From assembly GCA_032860995.1 (NCBI GenBank), contig JAODIG010000001.1:3639829-3703828 (forward strand): a stretch of DNA of 64,000 nt. The letters run 5' to 3'. Of this stretch, positions 51,085-60,923 are shown one piece after another (the stretch's first letter is position 1; every line of letters begins with the position of its first letter). Under the pieces are notes generated by a model. The model searched no databases. It saw only the letters and a program-made list of their open reading frames with translations, and was not told the origin of the DNA. This DNA is from Chroococcopsis gigantea SAG 12.99. GTDB taxonomy: Bacteria > Cyanobacteriota > Cyanobacteriia > Cyanobacteriales > Microcystaceae. Made by a program: the position numbers and the translations under genes.

Positions 51085-51761
51085 TGGGGAATAAATTAGT
51101 TTTCACGGGTAGTTTCTTAATAACATTTTTGACGAGCATTATGGGGGCTAATTGTCAACCCGTTAACACCATAGATATAGAACCGAAAATCATAGAAGAA
51201 AGTCCAGTATTACAGCGTTGGATGAAAGAAATACCGAACATTTTAGAAGAGATAAAAAACGATCCCAGTTTCCGTACAAGGGTAAGGTTAGGCTATAGCG
51301 TTTATCCTTCCGCTCATAATGAAGGTGGAGTTTATATAGGAGTAGAAGATATATTTATCGGGCGTACCGGTTTAACCGTTAGCGGCCAATATCAAACATC
51401 TTTTAATAGTAAACAACAGTCGGGCGGCGGTGATTTACAATACTACGTCTTACCTCTCGGTGGTTACGTTAACCTCGCTCCTGTGGTGGGTTATCGTTAC
51501 GTGGAAACTGGGGGCTACTCCACTAATGGGGTGAATGTAGGTGCGAGATTAGTGCTGGCTTTATCCAGGAATGGCGCGGCTGATATAGTGGTAACTCAAA
51601 GTTTCGTTTCCCCCGGTGGTAGTGATGAAGTGGGGTTAACTTCTTTCTCCGTGGGTTACGCCCTGACCAAACAGATTAGATTAGCCGCCGATATTCAAGC
51701 GCAAAACTCTAGGCGGGCGAAAGATAGTAGGGTGGGGATATTGATAGAATGGATGCCTTGA
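51084..51761 (+). CDS. Putative small outer-membrane beta-barrel-like protein
   Basis: The start was trimmed to ATG 51084, overlapping the upstream stop as TAATG. It has a signal peptide, then alternating hydrophobic/Gly/Tyr beta-strand pattern. I recognise no family. Confidence 0.4.
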   Translation: MGNKLVFTGSFLITFLTSIMGANCQPVNTIDIEPKIIEESPVLQRWMKEIPNILEEIKNDPSFRTRVRLGYSVYPSAHNEGGVYIGVEDIFIGRTGLTVSGQYQTSFNSKQQSGGGDLQYYVLPLGGYVNLAPVVGYRYVETGGYSTNGVNVGARLVLALSRNGAADIVVTQSFVSPGGSDEVGLTSFSVGYALTKQIRLAADIQAQNSRRAKDSRVGILIEWMP

Positions 51762-51765
51762 TCGT

Positions 51766-52233
51766 TCACTCAAGCTCTAGGGGAAACCACTCAAAATCGA
51801 GAACTTGTTCGGGCGAACCCATAGGGTGTAAAGGAATATCATCTATGCCGGTTTCATCGATGAAACTGAGCCTGGCAAATAAATAATATTCCTCGAATAT
51901 TTCTTTCAAGTAAGGTTTCAGACTGGGGCTTTCTTTTAAGAGTTTCAAAATTTGAAAGCGAAAATTTCTAATTTCTTTTCTCCACCCTCTCTGACAGCGT
52001 TCCCGTTCCGATTCCCAATAAGTTATTTTGAGGAGATGTTCAAATAATCGGGCTAGATAACTTTCGAGTGCGTGCTTGACACTCCGGCCCATATCCTCTA
52101 TCTCCTCCATTAAATTGTTTAGATCAAGCTCATCAAATTTTCCATCTCTTAGCTGTTCTAAAGTAGTTGATAGCCACAGACTATAATCTCGTTCATAAAG
52201 ATATTGGGTGGGTAGATTGATTTTTGCTGTCAT
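51766..52233 (-). CDS. DUF29 domain protein
   Basis: The N-terminus LYERDYSLWL..T...L..GKFDELDL.NL.EEIEDMGRS is typical of cyanobacterial DUF29. Confidence 0.7.
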   Translation of the reverse strand: MTAKINLPTQYLYERDYSLWLSTTLEQLRDGKFDELDLNNLMEEIEDMGRSVKHALESYLARLFEHLLKITYWESERERCQRGWRKEIRNFRFQILKLLKESPSLKPYLKEIFEEYYLFARLSFIDETGIDDIPLHPMGSPEQVLDFEWFPLELE

Positions 52234-52338
52234 AGGAGAAGATAAAAATGAATCCTACACTCTTATTGTATCGGACAGTGATCTACTTTTTGAGCGAATA
52301 TACATTGGTCGTGCCATATCCTACCCCTTGATTGTGAG

Positions 52339-53529
52339 TTATAAGTTCAGTTGGATTTCTCTTTTAGTAAAAGGTAGATCGGCGTTGATAGCATCAATTT
52401 CCTCCTGTTCCATATCGTTAATCTGACCGATATAATTTTGGAAAATCTTCGTCATTTTTGGATTATACAAACGGTGTAAACTGTGATTCGGTGTAGCCGG
52501 GAAACCTCGCCTTTTCTTATGTTGTCCCCCCGCCCCAGGGTCGAACATCGTCACCCCCCGGTTAATAGCCCATTCGATCGGCCCGTAATAACAAGCCTCA
52601 AAATGTAAGCAATCGTATTCTTGAAAATTTCCCCAATATCTCCCGTATAAATTACTGCCTTTGTACAGACAGAAAGATAACCCCACTGGCTTAACATCGG
52701 TTTCCTGATGATAGGCGGCCACTAACATAACTCGATGACGGTAGTTAGGATAAAGCCCTTCAAAAAACTTTTGGGTTAGATATTTACTGCCCCAGTAAAA
52801 CTTATCGCAGGTACTACTATAGAACTTATAGATCAAAGGAAAAAGATGATGGGGTATTTCATCAGCAGCGAGGGTTTTTACATATAATCCCGCACTCGTT
52901 ACCGCTTTTCTCTCCCTCTTGATATTGCGGCGTTGATTGGCGTTAAACAGATTCAGATAATCATCGAAATTATTAAAACCTTTGCTATTCCAGATGTAAC
53001 TATGATGTAGCCAACTATTAAAGCCCATCCCTTCCATCCGCGCGCGCCACTCTGGGTCAACAAAAAGGAAATGACAGCCGGATATACCGCAACGATCGCA
53101 CAGATGATCGATCGCTGTTACCATCAAGCCTGTAAGGGCCGCTTCATCTTCTCCTTGGGCCACCAGAAAGCGATAGCCGGTTGCGGGAGTGAAAGGAGTC
53201 ATGCCCAATAACTTCGGGTAATACTGTATGCCCAAGCGATAAGATAAATCAGCCCACTGACTATCAAAAACGAACTCACCGTAACTATGGCTTTTAATAT
53301 ATAAGGGGGCGGCGGCGATCAATTCTTGTCCCCGCCAGAGAGTCAGATGACTTGGTTGCCAACCCGTGCGGCCCGTGGCGCTACCGGAGGTTTCCAGATT
53401 ATTCAACCATTCCCACTCTAGAAAAGGCGTGGCTAGAGGCATGGCGAGTCTATCCCATTGTTGCTGGGGGATTTCCGCCATTTTATGAATCCAAGATAGG
53501 GTAACTGGAGACTTTAACTGTTCTACCAT
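52339..53529 (-). CDS. FemAB-like/BioF2-like GNAT acyltransferase family protein (DUF482 type)
   Basis: Its ~390-aa length and the motifs PFL.WEWL..LE.SG, YGEFVFD and FEACYY..IE resemble PF04339-family proteins. Confidence 0.65.
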   Translation of the reverse strand: MVEQLKSPVTLSWIHKMAEIPQQQWDRLAMPLATPFLEWEWLNNLETSGSATGRTGWQPSHLTLWRGQELIAAAPLYIKSHSYGEFVFDSQWADLSYRLGIQYYPKLLGMTPFTPATGYRFLVAQGEDEAALTGLMVTAIDHLCDRCGISGCHFLFVDPEWRARMEGMGFNSWLHHSYIWNSKGFNNFDDYLNLFNANQRRNIKRERKAVTSAGLYVKTLAADEIPHHLFPLIYKFYSSTCDKFYWGSKYLTQKFFEGLYPNYRHRVMLVAAYHQETDVKPVGLSFCLYKGSNLYGRYWGNFQEYDCLHFEACYYGPIEWAINRGVTMFDPGAGGQHKKRRGFPATPNHSLHRLYNPKMTKIFQNYIGQINDMEQEEIDAINADLPFTKREIQLNL

Positions 53530-53609
53530 GGGTCTGAGTCGAAAAAACTTTTATCTATATAGGGTAATCTAATCTTTTGTCTCTCTGCATTGAGGATCTT
53601 TTTGGGAAT

Positions 53610-54284
53610 TTACCGAACACATCGGTAATGTAAGAACACCTCTTCCCCTAATATCTGCGAACTTAATAACTGGAATCTTTTGGCAGTATCGGCTAGAAAA
53701 CCCTCACCGCCTACGGGGGTAGGTGCTGTTACTCCCCCTAAAATCCAGGGACACAAAGTCAGCCATAATTCATCGATTAAATCTTCCGCCAGTAGAGAGG
53801 CGATTAATTTCCCCCCGCCGATTATGGCTAATCTCTTCAAGCCGCAATCGTAGAGATGGGAGAGATTTTGAGCCTCACTATCAGCAGAGATGATTATACG
53901 ATCGAATCCAGAGTGTTTTTCACTCTCCCATAAATGAGAGCCTTCTTGGGTGGTCAATAACCAACGGGGGAAGGGTTGACGGAAAAAACGCGCCCCAGGG
54001 TCAAGATTTCCCGAAGCGGAATAGACAATCTGCACTGGCTGGGGGGGTTTCCCCTGTTGTTGTCGCCACTGTAGTAATTCTTCTTGCCGGATTGAAAGAC
54101 TAGTGCCGTAAGCCCGCAGGGTGGAAGCCCCAAAAATTACACCATCCGTTTGAGATAGTTGGGTTTCCAGATGTGTTAAGTCGGAGGCGGAAGAAAAACG
54201 GGCGGCAGAGCCAGTTTTATCGGCAATTTTGCCGTCGATGGTCATGGCGAGAATAACCGTGGTGTGAGGGCGAGGGTGGGACAC
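53610..54284 (-). CDS. RibD C-terminal-domain reductase (diaminohydroxyphosphoribosylaminopyrimidine reductase-like)
   Basis: Motifs seen are RPHTTVILAMTIDGKIA, GAST and LAIIGGGKL. It has a GTG start. Confidence 0.7.
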   Translation of the reverse strand: MSHPRPHTTVILAMTIDGKIADKTGSAARFSSASDLTHLETQLSQTDGVIFGASTLRAYGTSLSIRQEELLQWRQQQGKPPQPVQIVYSASGNLDPGARFFRQPFPRWLLTTQEGSHLWESEKHSGFDRIIISADSEAQNLSHLYDCGLKRLAIIGGGKLIASLLAEDLIDELWLTLCPWILGGVTAPTPVGGEGFLADTAKRFQLLSSQILGEEVFLHYRCVR

Positions 54285-54349
54285 AGATAGTTTTTAATGA
54301 TTGGGTTAATATGGGTTTATTAATTAAGTAGTTTTTCTTAAATATATTT

Positions 54350-56248
54350 ATGCCTTTTTTTCAATCATCTTTTAGAAGGATTTTGTTATCGAGGTTATTA
54401 TTGGTAAGCGTGCCGGTGTTATTGATCGGTATGTACGTTACCTATCGTAAAGCTCGATCGGCTTTTTTGGAAACGGCGCGGCAGAATCTCACTGAAAGCG
54501 CGGTTAGGAAAGGGGACACGATCGATCAAAATATTAAGGCACTGAAAACATCTTTAATTACCGCCACGGATAGTATAGTTTTCAAAGAAGGAACTTTAGA
54601 GAATAAAAAAACATTTTTACGGCAATTAACCGAAGAATTACCAGGTAAAGTTAGCTGTATTCAACTATTGGATTTACAAACCTATCAATTGGTAGTTAGT
54701 ACCTGTGATGAGCGGGATATAACGAGCAATAATAGTAATCCTTGGCCTAAGAAACAGAACACAATCCTAACTGGTAAGTTAGATGTGTACGTGGATAATT
54801 TGCCCACTATCTCTCCTAAAAAGATCAACACAAATCAGCTGCCATTAAATTTATCAGCTCCCGTGTACGATACCAACAAAAATCTTAAATATCGCCTCAC
54901 CATACAAACTTTAGTGCTATGTAACGAAACCCTATTACCAGGCTCATTATCGGGGTATACCGTGATCATCGATGAGAAAGGAACAATTTTAGCTCATCCC
55001 TTCCCCCAGAGAATCGGTATTAATATCAATCAGGAAGCTGACTCAGAGCGATTAAAATCCATTGTGAACAATGCTATCAAAGGGCGGCAGGATTTTTTGC
55101 ATCTTTTTTCTTTCGAGAAAAATGGCGTGGAATTGGTGGCTGGGTATAGTTCTATACCCAGTCCGATCACTAGAAATATCCATCAAAAGTGGATTATCTT
55201 GGCGGTGAGTCCTCTTTACACAGCCCTTGCGCCTTTGAGAGAAATTAGAGAAGTATTGTTACAAATGCTGATAGCTTTGTTGATCGCCAGTGGCATAGCC
55301 ACCTCTTTAATAGCTAGAGAATTAGCCCGTCCTTTAGAAAAATTACGGGATTATGCTCTTAATAAAGATAATTTAAACTCTCTCGATACTATTCCTCAAG
55401 ATTTTTATATCCGCGAGATTAATCAATTATCGATCGCTTTAAAACAAATGATCGAACATATAAAAGCTTGGAGTGAAGAAGTCCTTAATGCTTGGAAAGA
55501 GTCAGAGAATGCCAATCGTCTCAAAAATGAGTTTCTTGCCACTACTTCTCACGAATTAAGAACACCTCTCAACGGGATTATCGGCTCTATTCGCATTATT
55601 AAAGATGGTTATTGTGATAGTGAGGAAGAGGAAAAAGAATTTTTACAACAGGCAGATAACGCAGCGGTTTATTTATTGGGGATTATCAACGATATTCTCG
55701 ATCTGTCCCGTATCGAATCGGGTAAGCTCTCGGTTAATCTTGGGCCAGTTGACCTGAGAAAAATAATTATTGAAGTAACTAACTTGCAATTAGCGAATAT
55801 ACAAAATAAGGAATTACAATTGAATCTGTCTCATTGTCAAGATAATATAATCGTTTATGCCGATCCTTATAAATTAAAACAAGTCATTCTCAATATAGTA
55901 GGTAATGCTATTAAATTCACGGAAAAAGGAGGTATTACTATCAAGACGAAAATAGATGATAAACAGGCGATCATCACGATCATTGATACCGGTATCGGCA
56001 TAGATCCGAGCCAACAACATAAACTATTCCGTCCTTTTGTCATGGTAGACGGTTCGACCACGAGAAAATTTAGCGGCACGGGTTTGGGATTAGCCATCTC
56101 CCGAAATTTGATCACCTTAATGGGAGGCAATATCATTCTTTTCAGCGCCGGGAAAGGGCAAGGTACAACTTTAGAAATTACCTTACCTTTAATGATAGAA
56201 ATTAACCCAGAAGTTAAGAAAGCTGTTTCGACCGTTTCATTTATCTAA
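54350..56248 (+). CDS. Sensor histidine kinase with a periplasmic Cache-like domain and HAMP
   Basis: Two TM segments flank a ~270-aa extracytoplasmic domain. It has the H-box SHELRTPLN, the N-box NIVGNAIKFT, and the G-boxes DTGIGI and GTGLGLA. Confidence 0.8.
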   Translation: MPFFQSSFRRILLSRLLLVSVPVLLIGMYVTYRKARSAFLETARQNLTESAVRKGDTIDQNIKALKTSLITATDSIVFKEGTLENKKTFLRQLTEELPGKVSCIQLLDLQTYQLVVSTCDERDITSNNSNPWPKKQNTILTGKLDVYVDNLPTISPKKINTNQLPLNLSAPVYDTNKNLKYRLTIQTLVLCNETLLPGSLSGYTVIIDEKGTILAHPFPQRIGININQEADSERLKSIVNNAIKGRQDFLHLFSFEKNGVELVAGYSSIPSPITRNIHQKWIILAVSPLYTALAPLREIREVLLQMLIALLIASGIATSLIARELARPLEKLRDYALNKDNLNSLDTIPQDFYIREINQLSIALKQMIEHIKAWSEEVLNAWKESENANRLKNEFLATTSHELRTPLNGIIGSIRIIKDGYCDSEEEEKEFLQQADNAAVYLLGIINDILDLSRIESGKLSVNLGPVDLRKIIIEVTNLQLANIQNKELQLNLSHCQDNIIVYADPYKLKQVILNIVGNAIKFTEKGGITIKTKIDDKQAIITIIDTGIGIDPSQQHKLFRPFVMVDGSTTRKFSGTGLGLAISRNLITLMGGNIILFSAGKGQGTTLEITLPLMIEINPEVKKAVSTVSFI

Positions 56249-57231
56249 ATAATTTCCCTAACTTGTTCCGTATAATCTTTAGGTTTAACTTTGCGAAAAT
56301 TTTCTAAAGCTATACGTCTTAAATTTAAAGGTAGATAGGAAAGAAATAAACCGAGGGTGCGGCGCTTTGATGCGGTTAACACTTGAGCCGATTCTCGCAA
56401 TAATCCCCTACCCGCAACAACGTCGCCCCCTTCTATAAGCCTTAAGCCTAAAGTCTCTTGAATAGAGGCTAATTTTAAAATACGTTCCCGTTCTAAATCA
56501 GTATCCGTGAACCTATAACTTTGTAAACAGAAAGCTTTAGCCCCCAAAAAATGGACAGCCTGTTTCAAGCTACTCTGTCCGCCGTGAAAACGATACTCCA
56601 TAAGGTATTCGGGCAAGAAATAACCCCGTTTATTGTCTAAAGCTAATCTCACCAATAGATCGAAATCCTCGCAGCCGTCCGCTTCAGGACGCATATAATC
56701 GACACTTTGTAAACAATCTCGACGGAATAAAGTAGAACCAACCTGGAGACTTTGATAATAAAAAGTTTGCCACAGTAAATCCTCGATAACTCCGGCGTGA
56801 AGTTTATCTTTACCCCATTTAGCCGAATTTTTATCTGTAGCGGTAATATCTTTATTACCGTACTTATCGATGATCCAATGATTCGTACAAACAAAGTCAA
56901 TATCGGGGTGACTATCTAAAATTGTTACGGTTTTACATAGAAAATCCGGCGTCAAAGCATCATCATCATCGAACTTGATAAAATACTCGCCCCTAGAGGC
57001 GGCAAACCCCGCCCGCATATTTCTACTTCTACCAATATTTTCCTCATGACGGATATAGCGAATACGAGAATCATTAAAATTTTTCACCACTTCGGCAGTA
57101 TTGTCGGGAGAGGCATCATCGCAGACGATCAGCTCAAAATCTTCGTAAGTTTGTTTTAATACACTAGTAATAGAATAGGTTAAATAATGAGAACGGTTAT
57201 AAGTAGGAAGACAAAGGGATACTTTAACCAT
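56245..57231 (-). CDS. Glycosyltransferase family 2
   Basis: It has VSLCLPTYNRSHYL...ELIVCDDASPDNT and a DDDD DxD region. Confidence 0.8.
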   Translation of the reverse strand: MVKVSLCLPTYNRSHYLTYSITSVLKQTYEDFELIVCDDASPDNTAEVVKNFNDSRIRYIRHEENIGRSRNMRAGFAASRGEYFIKFDDDDALTPDFLCKTVTILDSHPDIDFVCTNHWIIDKYGNKDITATDKNSAKWGKDKLHAGVIEDLLWQTFYYQSLQVGSTLFRRDCLQSVDYMRPEADGCEDFDLLVRLALDNKRGYFLPEYLMEYRFHGGQSSLKQAVHFLGAKAFCLQSYRFTDTDLERERILKLASIQETLGLRLIEGGDVVAGRGLLRESAQVLTASKRRTLGLFLSYLPLNLRRIALENFRKVKPKDYTEQVREII

Positions 57232-57374
57232 AGTGACAGATTGATAATAAAATTCTTGTGACCATGATCTCTCGCAAAACTAAATTTGTCAAATTGAAGG
57301 ATTCCTATCTAGCCAGAAATCACCGAAGATGCTAAACATATTACTTAAGCATAAGAAATGTGTTTTATTAATCC

Positions 57375-58298
57375 ATGTTAGAGCCAGAAATAGCCGGAAT
57401 AATCTGCACCCATAATCGAGATTACTACTTGGGTGCAGCTATAGATAGTCTCTTGAACCAGACTTGTAAGAATTATGAAATCATAGTGGTGGATAATGGC
57501 TGTACCGACGATACCAAAACAGTAGTATCGGCCCGCTTAGCCCATTCCCGTTTAAAATATGTCTACGAACCGACTTTAGGACTATCAACTGCCAGAAATC
57601 GAGGTATGCAAGAAACTCAAGCCCCGATTCTCGCCTACTTGGACGATGATGCAGAAGCGAGTCCGGGATGGTTACAAACCCTGTTAGAAGCCTATAATCA
57701 TAACGATAAACTAGCCGTGGCCGGTGGTAAAGTTAGCTTGATCTGGCCTGAAGGCCATGGCCAACCCTATTGGATGTCCGATGACTTGGCGGGGGCCTTG
57801 GGCTTATTCGATTTGGGTGACGATGTGGTTTATATAAATAGCCCTAATTTGACCCCAAGGGGACTTAATTACTCCATCAGGCGTGATTTTTTAGAGAGTG
57901 TAGGCGGATTTGACACCAATCTAGGAAGAGTGGGTAAAAAACTTCTTTCTAACGAGGAACTATACATGACCGAACAGGCTCTTAAAAAAGGATGGCAAGT
58001 GGCTTATATACCCACCGCGTTGGTGGCCCATAATGTTTCCTTGGAGAGATTAGAAAAACAGTGGTTTTATCGACGCAGTTGGTGGCAAGGAATCAGTGAA
58101 CATTATCGGGAAGAGGTAGGGGGAAGAACCGGGATAGGGCAATTGGGCCGGGGAGGCGAAAGATTTATCAGGGGGATTTATAAATCGCTGAAAAATATTA
58201 ATAATCCCGCTCGAAGCTTTGATAATTTGCTTTACGCCTATGGTCAAATCGGTTACTTAACTGGTGTTGTCAAGCATTTATTAAAAACGAAACAATGA
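57375..58298 (+). CDS. Glycosyltransferase family 2
   Basis: It has IICTHNRDYYL...EIIVVDNGCTDDT and LDDDA. Confidence 0.8.
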   Translation: MLEPEIAGIICTHNRDYYLGAAIDSLLNQTCKNYEIIVVDNGCTDDTKTVVSARLAHSRLKYVYEPTLGLSTARNRGMQETQAPILAYLDDDAEASPGWLQTLLEAYNHNDKLAVAGGKVSLIWPEGHGQPYWMSDDLAGALGLFDLGDDVVYINSPNLTPRGLNYSIRRDFLESVGGFDTNLGRVGKKLLSNEELYMTEQALKKGWQVAYIPTALVAHNVSLERLEKQWFYRRSWWQGISEHYREEVGGRTGIGQLGRGGERFIRGIYKSLKNINNPARSFDNLLYAYGQIGYLTGVVKHLLKTKQ

Positions 58299-59263
58299 AC
58301 TTTATGTCAAAAAAAGCGTTAATTTGTGGTATATCGGGGCAGGACGGAGCTTATTTAGCCAAATTACTTCTAGAGAAAGGCTATACGGTTAGTGGCACTT
58401 CTAGAGATGCACAAGTATCTAATTTTCAAAGTTTATCCCGTTTGGGTATTCGAGGAGAAATCAAACTGGAATCCATGTCTCTCAATGATTTTCGTAGCGT
58501 CTTGCAAGTATTGAAAAAAATCCAACCGGATGAAATTTATAATTTAGCCGGACAAAGTTCTGTAGGGTTGTCCTTTGACCAACCGGTGGAAACTTTAGAA
58601 AGTATAGCCACGGGCACGTTAAATCTTTTGGAGGCGATTCGTTTCACGGGTGAACCCATTAAATTCTACAACGCCGGGTCGAGCGAATGTTTCGGTGATA
58701 TAGGCGATCGTTCTGCCAACGAAGCCACGCCCTTCCGCCCCAGAAGTCCCTACGGAGTGGCAAAAGCTGCCGCCTTCTGGGAAGTGGCTAATTATCGAGA
58801 AGCCTATAACCTTTTCGCTTGTTCGGGGATTCTCTTTAACCACGAATCCCCCCTCCGCCCCGAGCGTTTTGTTACTCAAAAAATTATCACCTCCGCTTGT
58901 CGTATCGCTAAAGGAGAAACAGAAACTCTTAATCTCGGTAATTTACGTATAGAAAGAGATTGGGGCTGGGCACCCGAATACGTTGAAGCCATGTACCTGA
59001 TGTTACAGCAACAGCGACCCGATGATTATGTTATCGCCACGGGAGAAAGCCGTAAATTGCAAGATTTTGTCGCGGAAGCTTTCGCCTGCGTGGGGTTAGA
59101 CTGGTCTCAATATGTGACCACTGACAGTAGTTTACTCCGCCCGACGGATTTAGCGATTAGTCGCGGCGACCCTAGTAAAGCAAAAGCCAGATTAGGTTGG
59201 CAGGCCAAGTATAAAATGTCGGATATTATTCGCTCTATGATCGAAACTAAATTGGCTCAATAA
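58295..59263 (+). CDS. gmd: GDP-mannose 4,6-dehydratase (short form)
   Basis: It has the SDR Rossmann motif GISGQDGAYLA, the YGVAK catalytic motif, LFNHESP.R, and DWG.A.EYVE. The start overlaps the upstream stop as ATGA. Confidence 0.85.
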   Translation: MNFMSKKALICGISGQDGAYLAKLLLEKGYTVSGTSRDAQVSNFQSLSRLGIRGEIKLESMSLNDFRSVLQVLKKIQPDEIYNLAGQSSVGLSFDQPVETLESIATGTLNLLEAIRFTGEPIKFYNAGSSECFGDIGDRSANEATPFRPRSPYGVAKAAAFWEVANYREAYNLFACSGILFNHESPLRPERFVTQKIITSACRIAKGETETLNLGNLRIERDWGWAPEYVEAMYLMLQQQRPDDYVIATGESRKLQDFVAEAFACVGLDWSQYVTTDSSLLRPTDLAISRGDPSKAKARLGWQAKYKMSDIIRSMIETKLAQ

Positions 59264-59300
59264 TGGCAATTCATCTATTTTATTAATCCTTCATAAATTA

Positions 59301-60923
59301 ATGTTAGACAAGCTTAAAAAAACTTTTGCAAATTTGCCGAATTATCTCAAACTATTAGTTATAGTATGTGTGATAGGTGGTATTTTATTAAGGTTCAATA
59401 ACTTAGAAGGGAAATTATATTCTAATGATGAAACATTTAGTACAACTTATATTTATGGGCAACAATTAACTGAAGTTATCGAAACGAAAATAATCTCGGC
59501 AAAAGATTTACAAAGTTATCAAAGGCTGAAAACAAGTGAATCTCTAGGGGAAGGTATCGGTCGAGTGATTCGACAACCTTATGTATTCCCTCCCCTCTAT
59601 CCCATTTTAATGCAATTTTGGGCGAGAATTACCGATCGATGGTTTACCAATCCCGCTATGATCACTCGTAGCCTATCCGTGGTGATCAGTTTATTTTCCT
59701 TACCATTCGCCTACTGGCTATACTGGGAATTATGCGAATCCCATACTATCGCCTGGTTGGGAACAGCGTTAATAGCGGTTTCTCCTTTTCAATTACAGTA
59801 CGCTCAGATCGTGAGAACTTATAGTTTGACCATCACGGCGACTTTTTTAGCTTCTGCCTTGTTTTTAAGGTGTTATAAATTTCCCGGAAGATCGAATTGG
59901 TTACTTTACGGTTTATCGATCGCGATCGGTCTATATTCCAACGTTCTTTTCGGTTTTGTCATTATCGGTCACGCTATTTATACTCTCTGGACTCAAAGAG
60001 TAAGATGGAACTCAATAGTCAAAAACTATACTTGGTCTTCTTGTTTGGGAATCTTCCTGTTCATGCCTTGGTTTATTCGATTTATCACCGATGAGAAATT
60101 ATTAAACTATTCGGTAGCTCAACCGGCCCAAGGTGGAGCTTCTTTAAAAAGTTTGGTGACAGATTGGATTAAAATTATTCCAAAATTCTTTGTCGATTTG
60201 AATGATCCATGGATAGAGTCAACGGCACAATTTATATCTTTACAGAAAATATTTACGCCTTTGATTTTGCTACTATCAATGGCATCTCTCGTATTTATTA
60301 TTATTTATTCTCCTAAAAACATACGTAGGTTTATCCTAAGTCTCATCTTTGCCGGGGGAGTCCTATTAATGCTTAAAGATATAATTTTGGGAGGAACTTT
60401 TTCTACCCGCCCTCGCTATTTAATACCTTATGTTATCGGCATAGAATTAGCAGTGGGGATTTTTTTAGGTTATTCTCTAGCATCGCCCGTACATTGGTGG
60501 CGAAAACTAGGGCAATTTTTACTAGTTTTAGTATTAACTGGTGGTTTGCTATCCTGCTACGTTATATCTAGTTCACCTTCTTGGTGGGCATTCGGGGCGC
60601 CGGATTATCCCTTGATGGCGGAAAAAATCAATAAACAAACTCTTCCTGTAGTTATTTATGATGATTTTGGAGATGCCTTGACCATGAGCTATTTAGTTAA
60701 TGAAAATACCAAATTTCATCTAACTCGTAACATAGAACAAAATTTACTAAAAGATGATGGCAAAATTTATCAAGGATACGAGCAAATAATTCTCTTTAAA
60801 CCACAGGAAACAATAAAAGAAAAAATTCAGCGCTCAGCGCGGTGGAATTTACAATCTTTATTTAATAATAAAAATAATAATATACCTAACGTGCCCCAAC
60901 TATGGTCAGCCTCCAGAAAATGA
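59301..60923 (+). CDS. GT-C fold membrane glycosyltransferase (ArnT/PMT, GT39/GT83-like)
   Basis: 540 aa with about 12 TM helices. The first extracytoplasmic loop has the acidic motif NDETF. Confidence 0.6.
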   Translation: MLDKLKKTFANLPNYLKLLVIVCVIGGILLRFNNLEGKLYSNDETFSTTYIYGQQLTEVIETKIISAKDLQSYQRLKTSESLGEGIGRVIRQPYVFPPLYPILMQFWARITDRWFTNPAMITRSLSVVISLFSLPFAYWLYWELCESHTIAWLGTALIAVSPFQLQYAQIVRTYSLTITATFLASALFLRCYKFPGRSNWLLYGLSIAIGLYSNVLFGFVIIGHAIYTLWTQRVRWNSIVKNYTWSSCLGIFLFMPWFIRFITDEKLLNYSVAQPAQGGASLKSLVTDWIKIIPKFFVDLNDPWIESTAQFISLQKIFTPLILLLSMASLVFIIIYSPKNIRRFILSLIFAGGVLLMLKDIILGGTFSTRPRYLIPYVIGIELAVGIFLGYSLASPVHWWRKLGQFLLVLVLTGGLLSCYVISSSPSWWAFGAPDYPLMAEKINKQTLPVVIYDDFGDALTMSYLVNENTKFHLTRNIEQNLLKDDGKIYQGYEQIILFKPQETIKEKIQRSARWNLQSLFNNKNNNIPNVPQLWSASRK

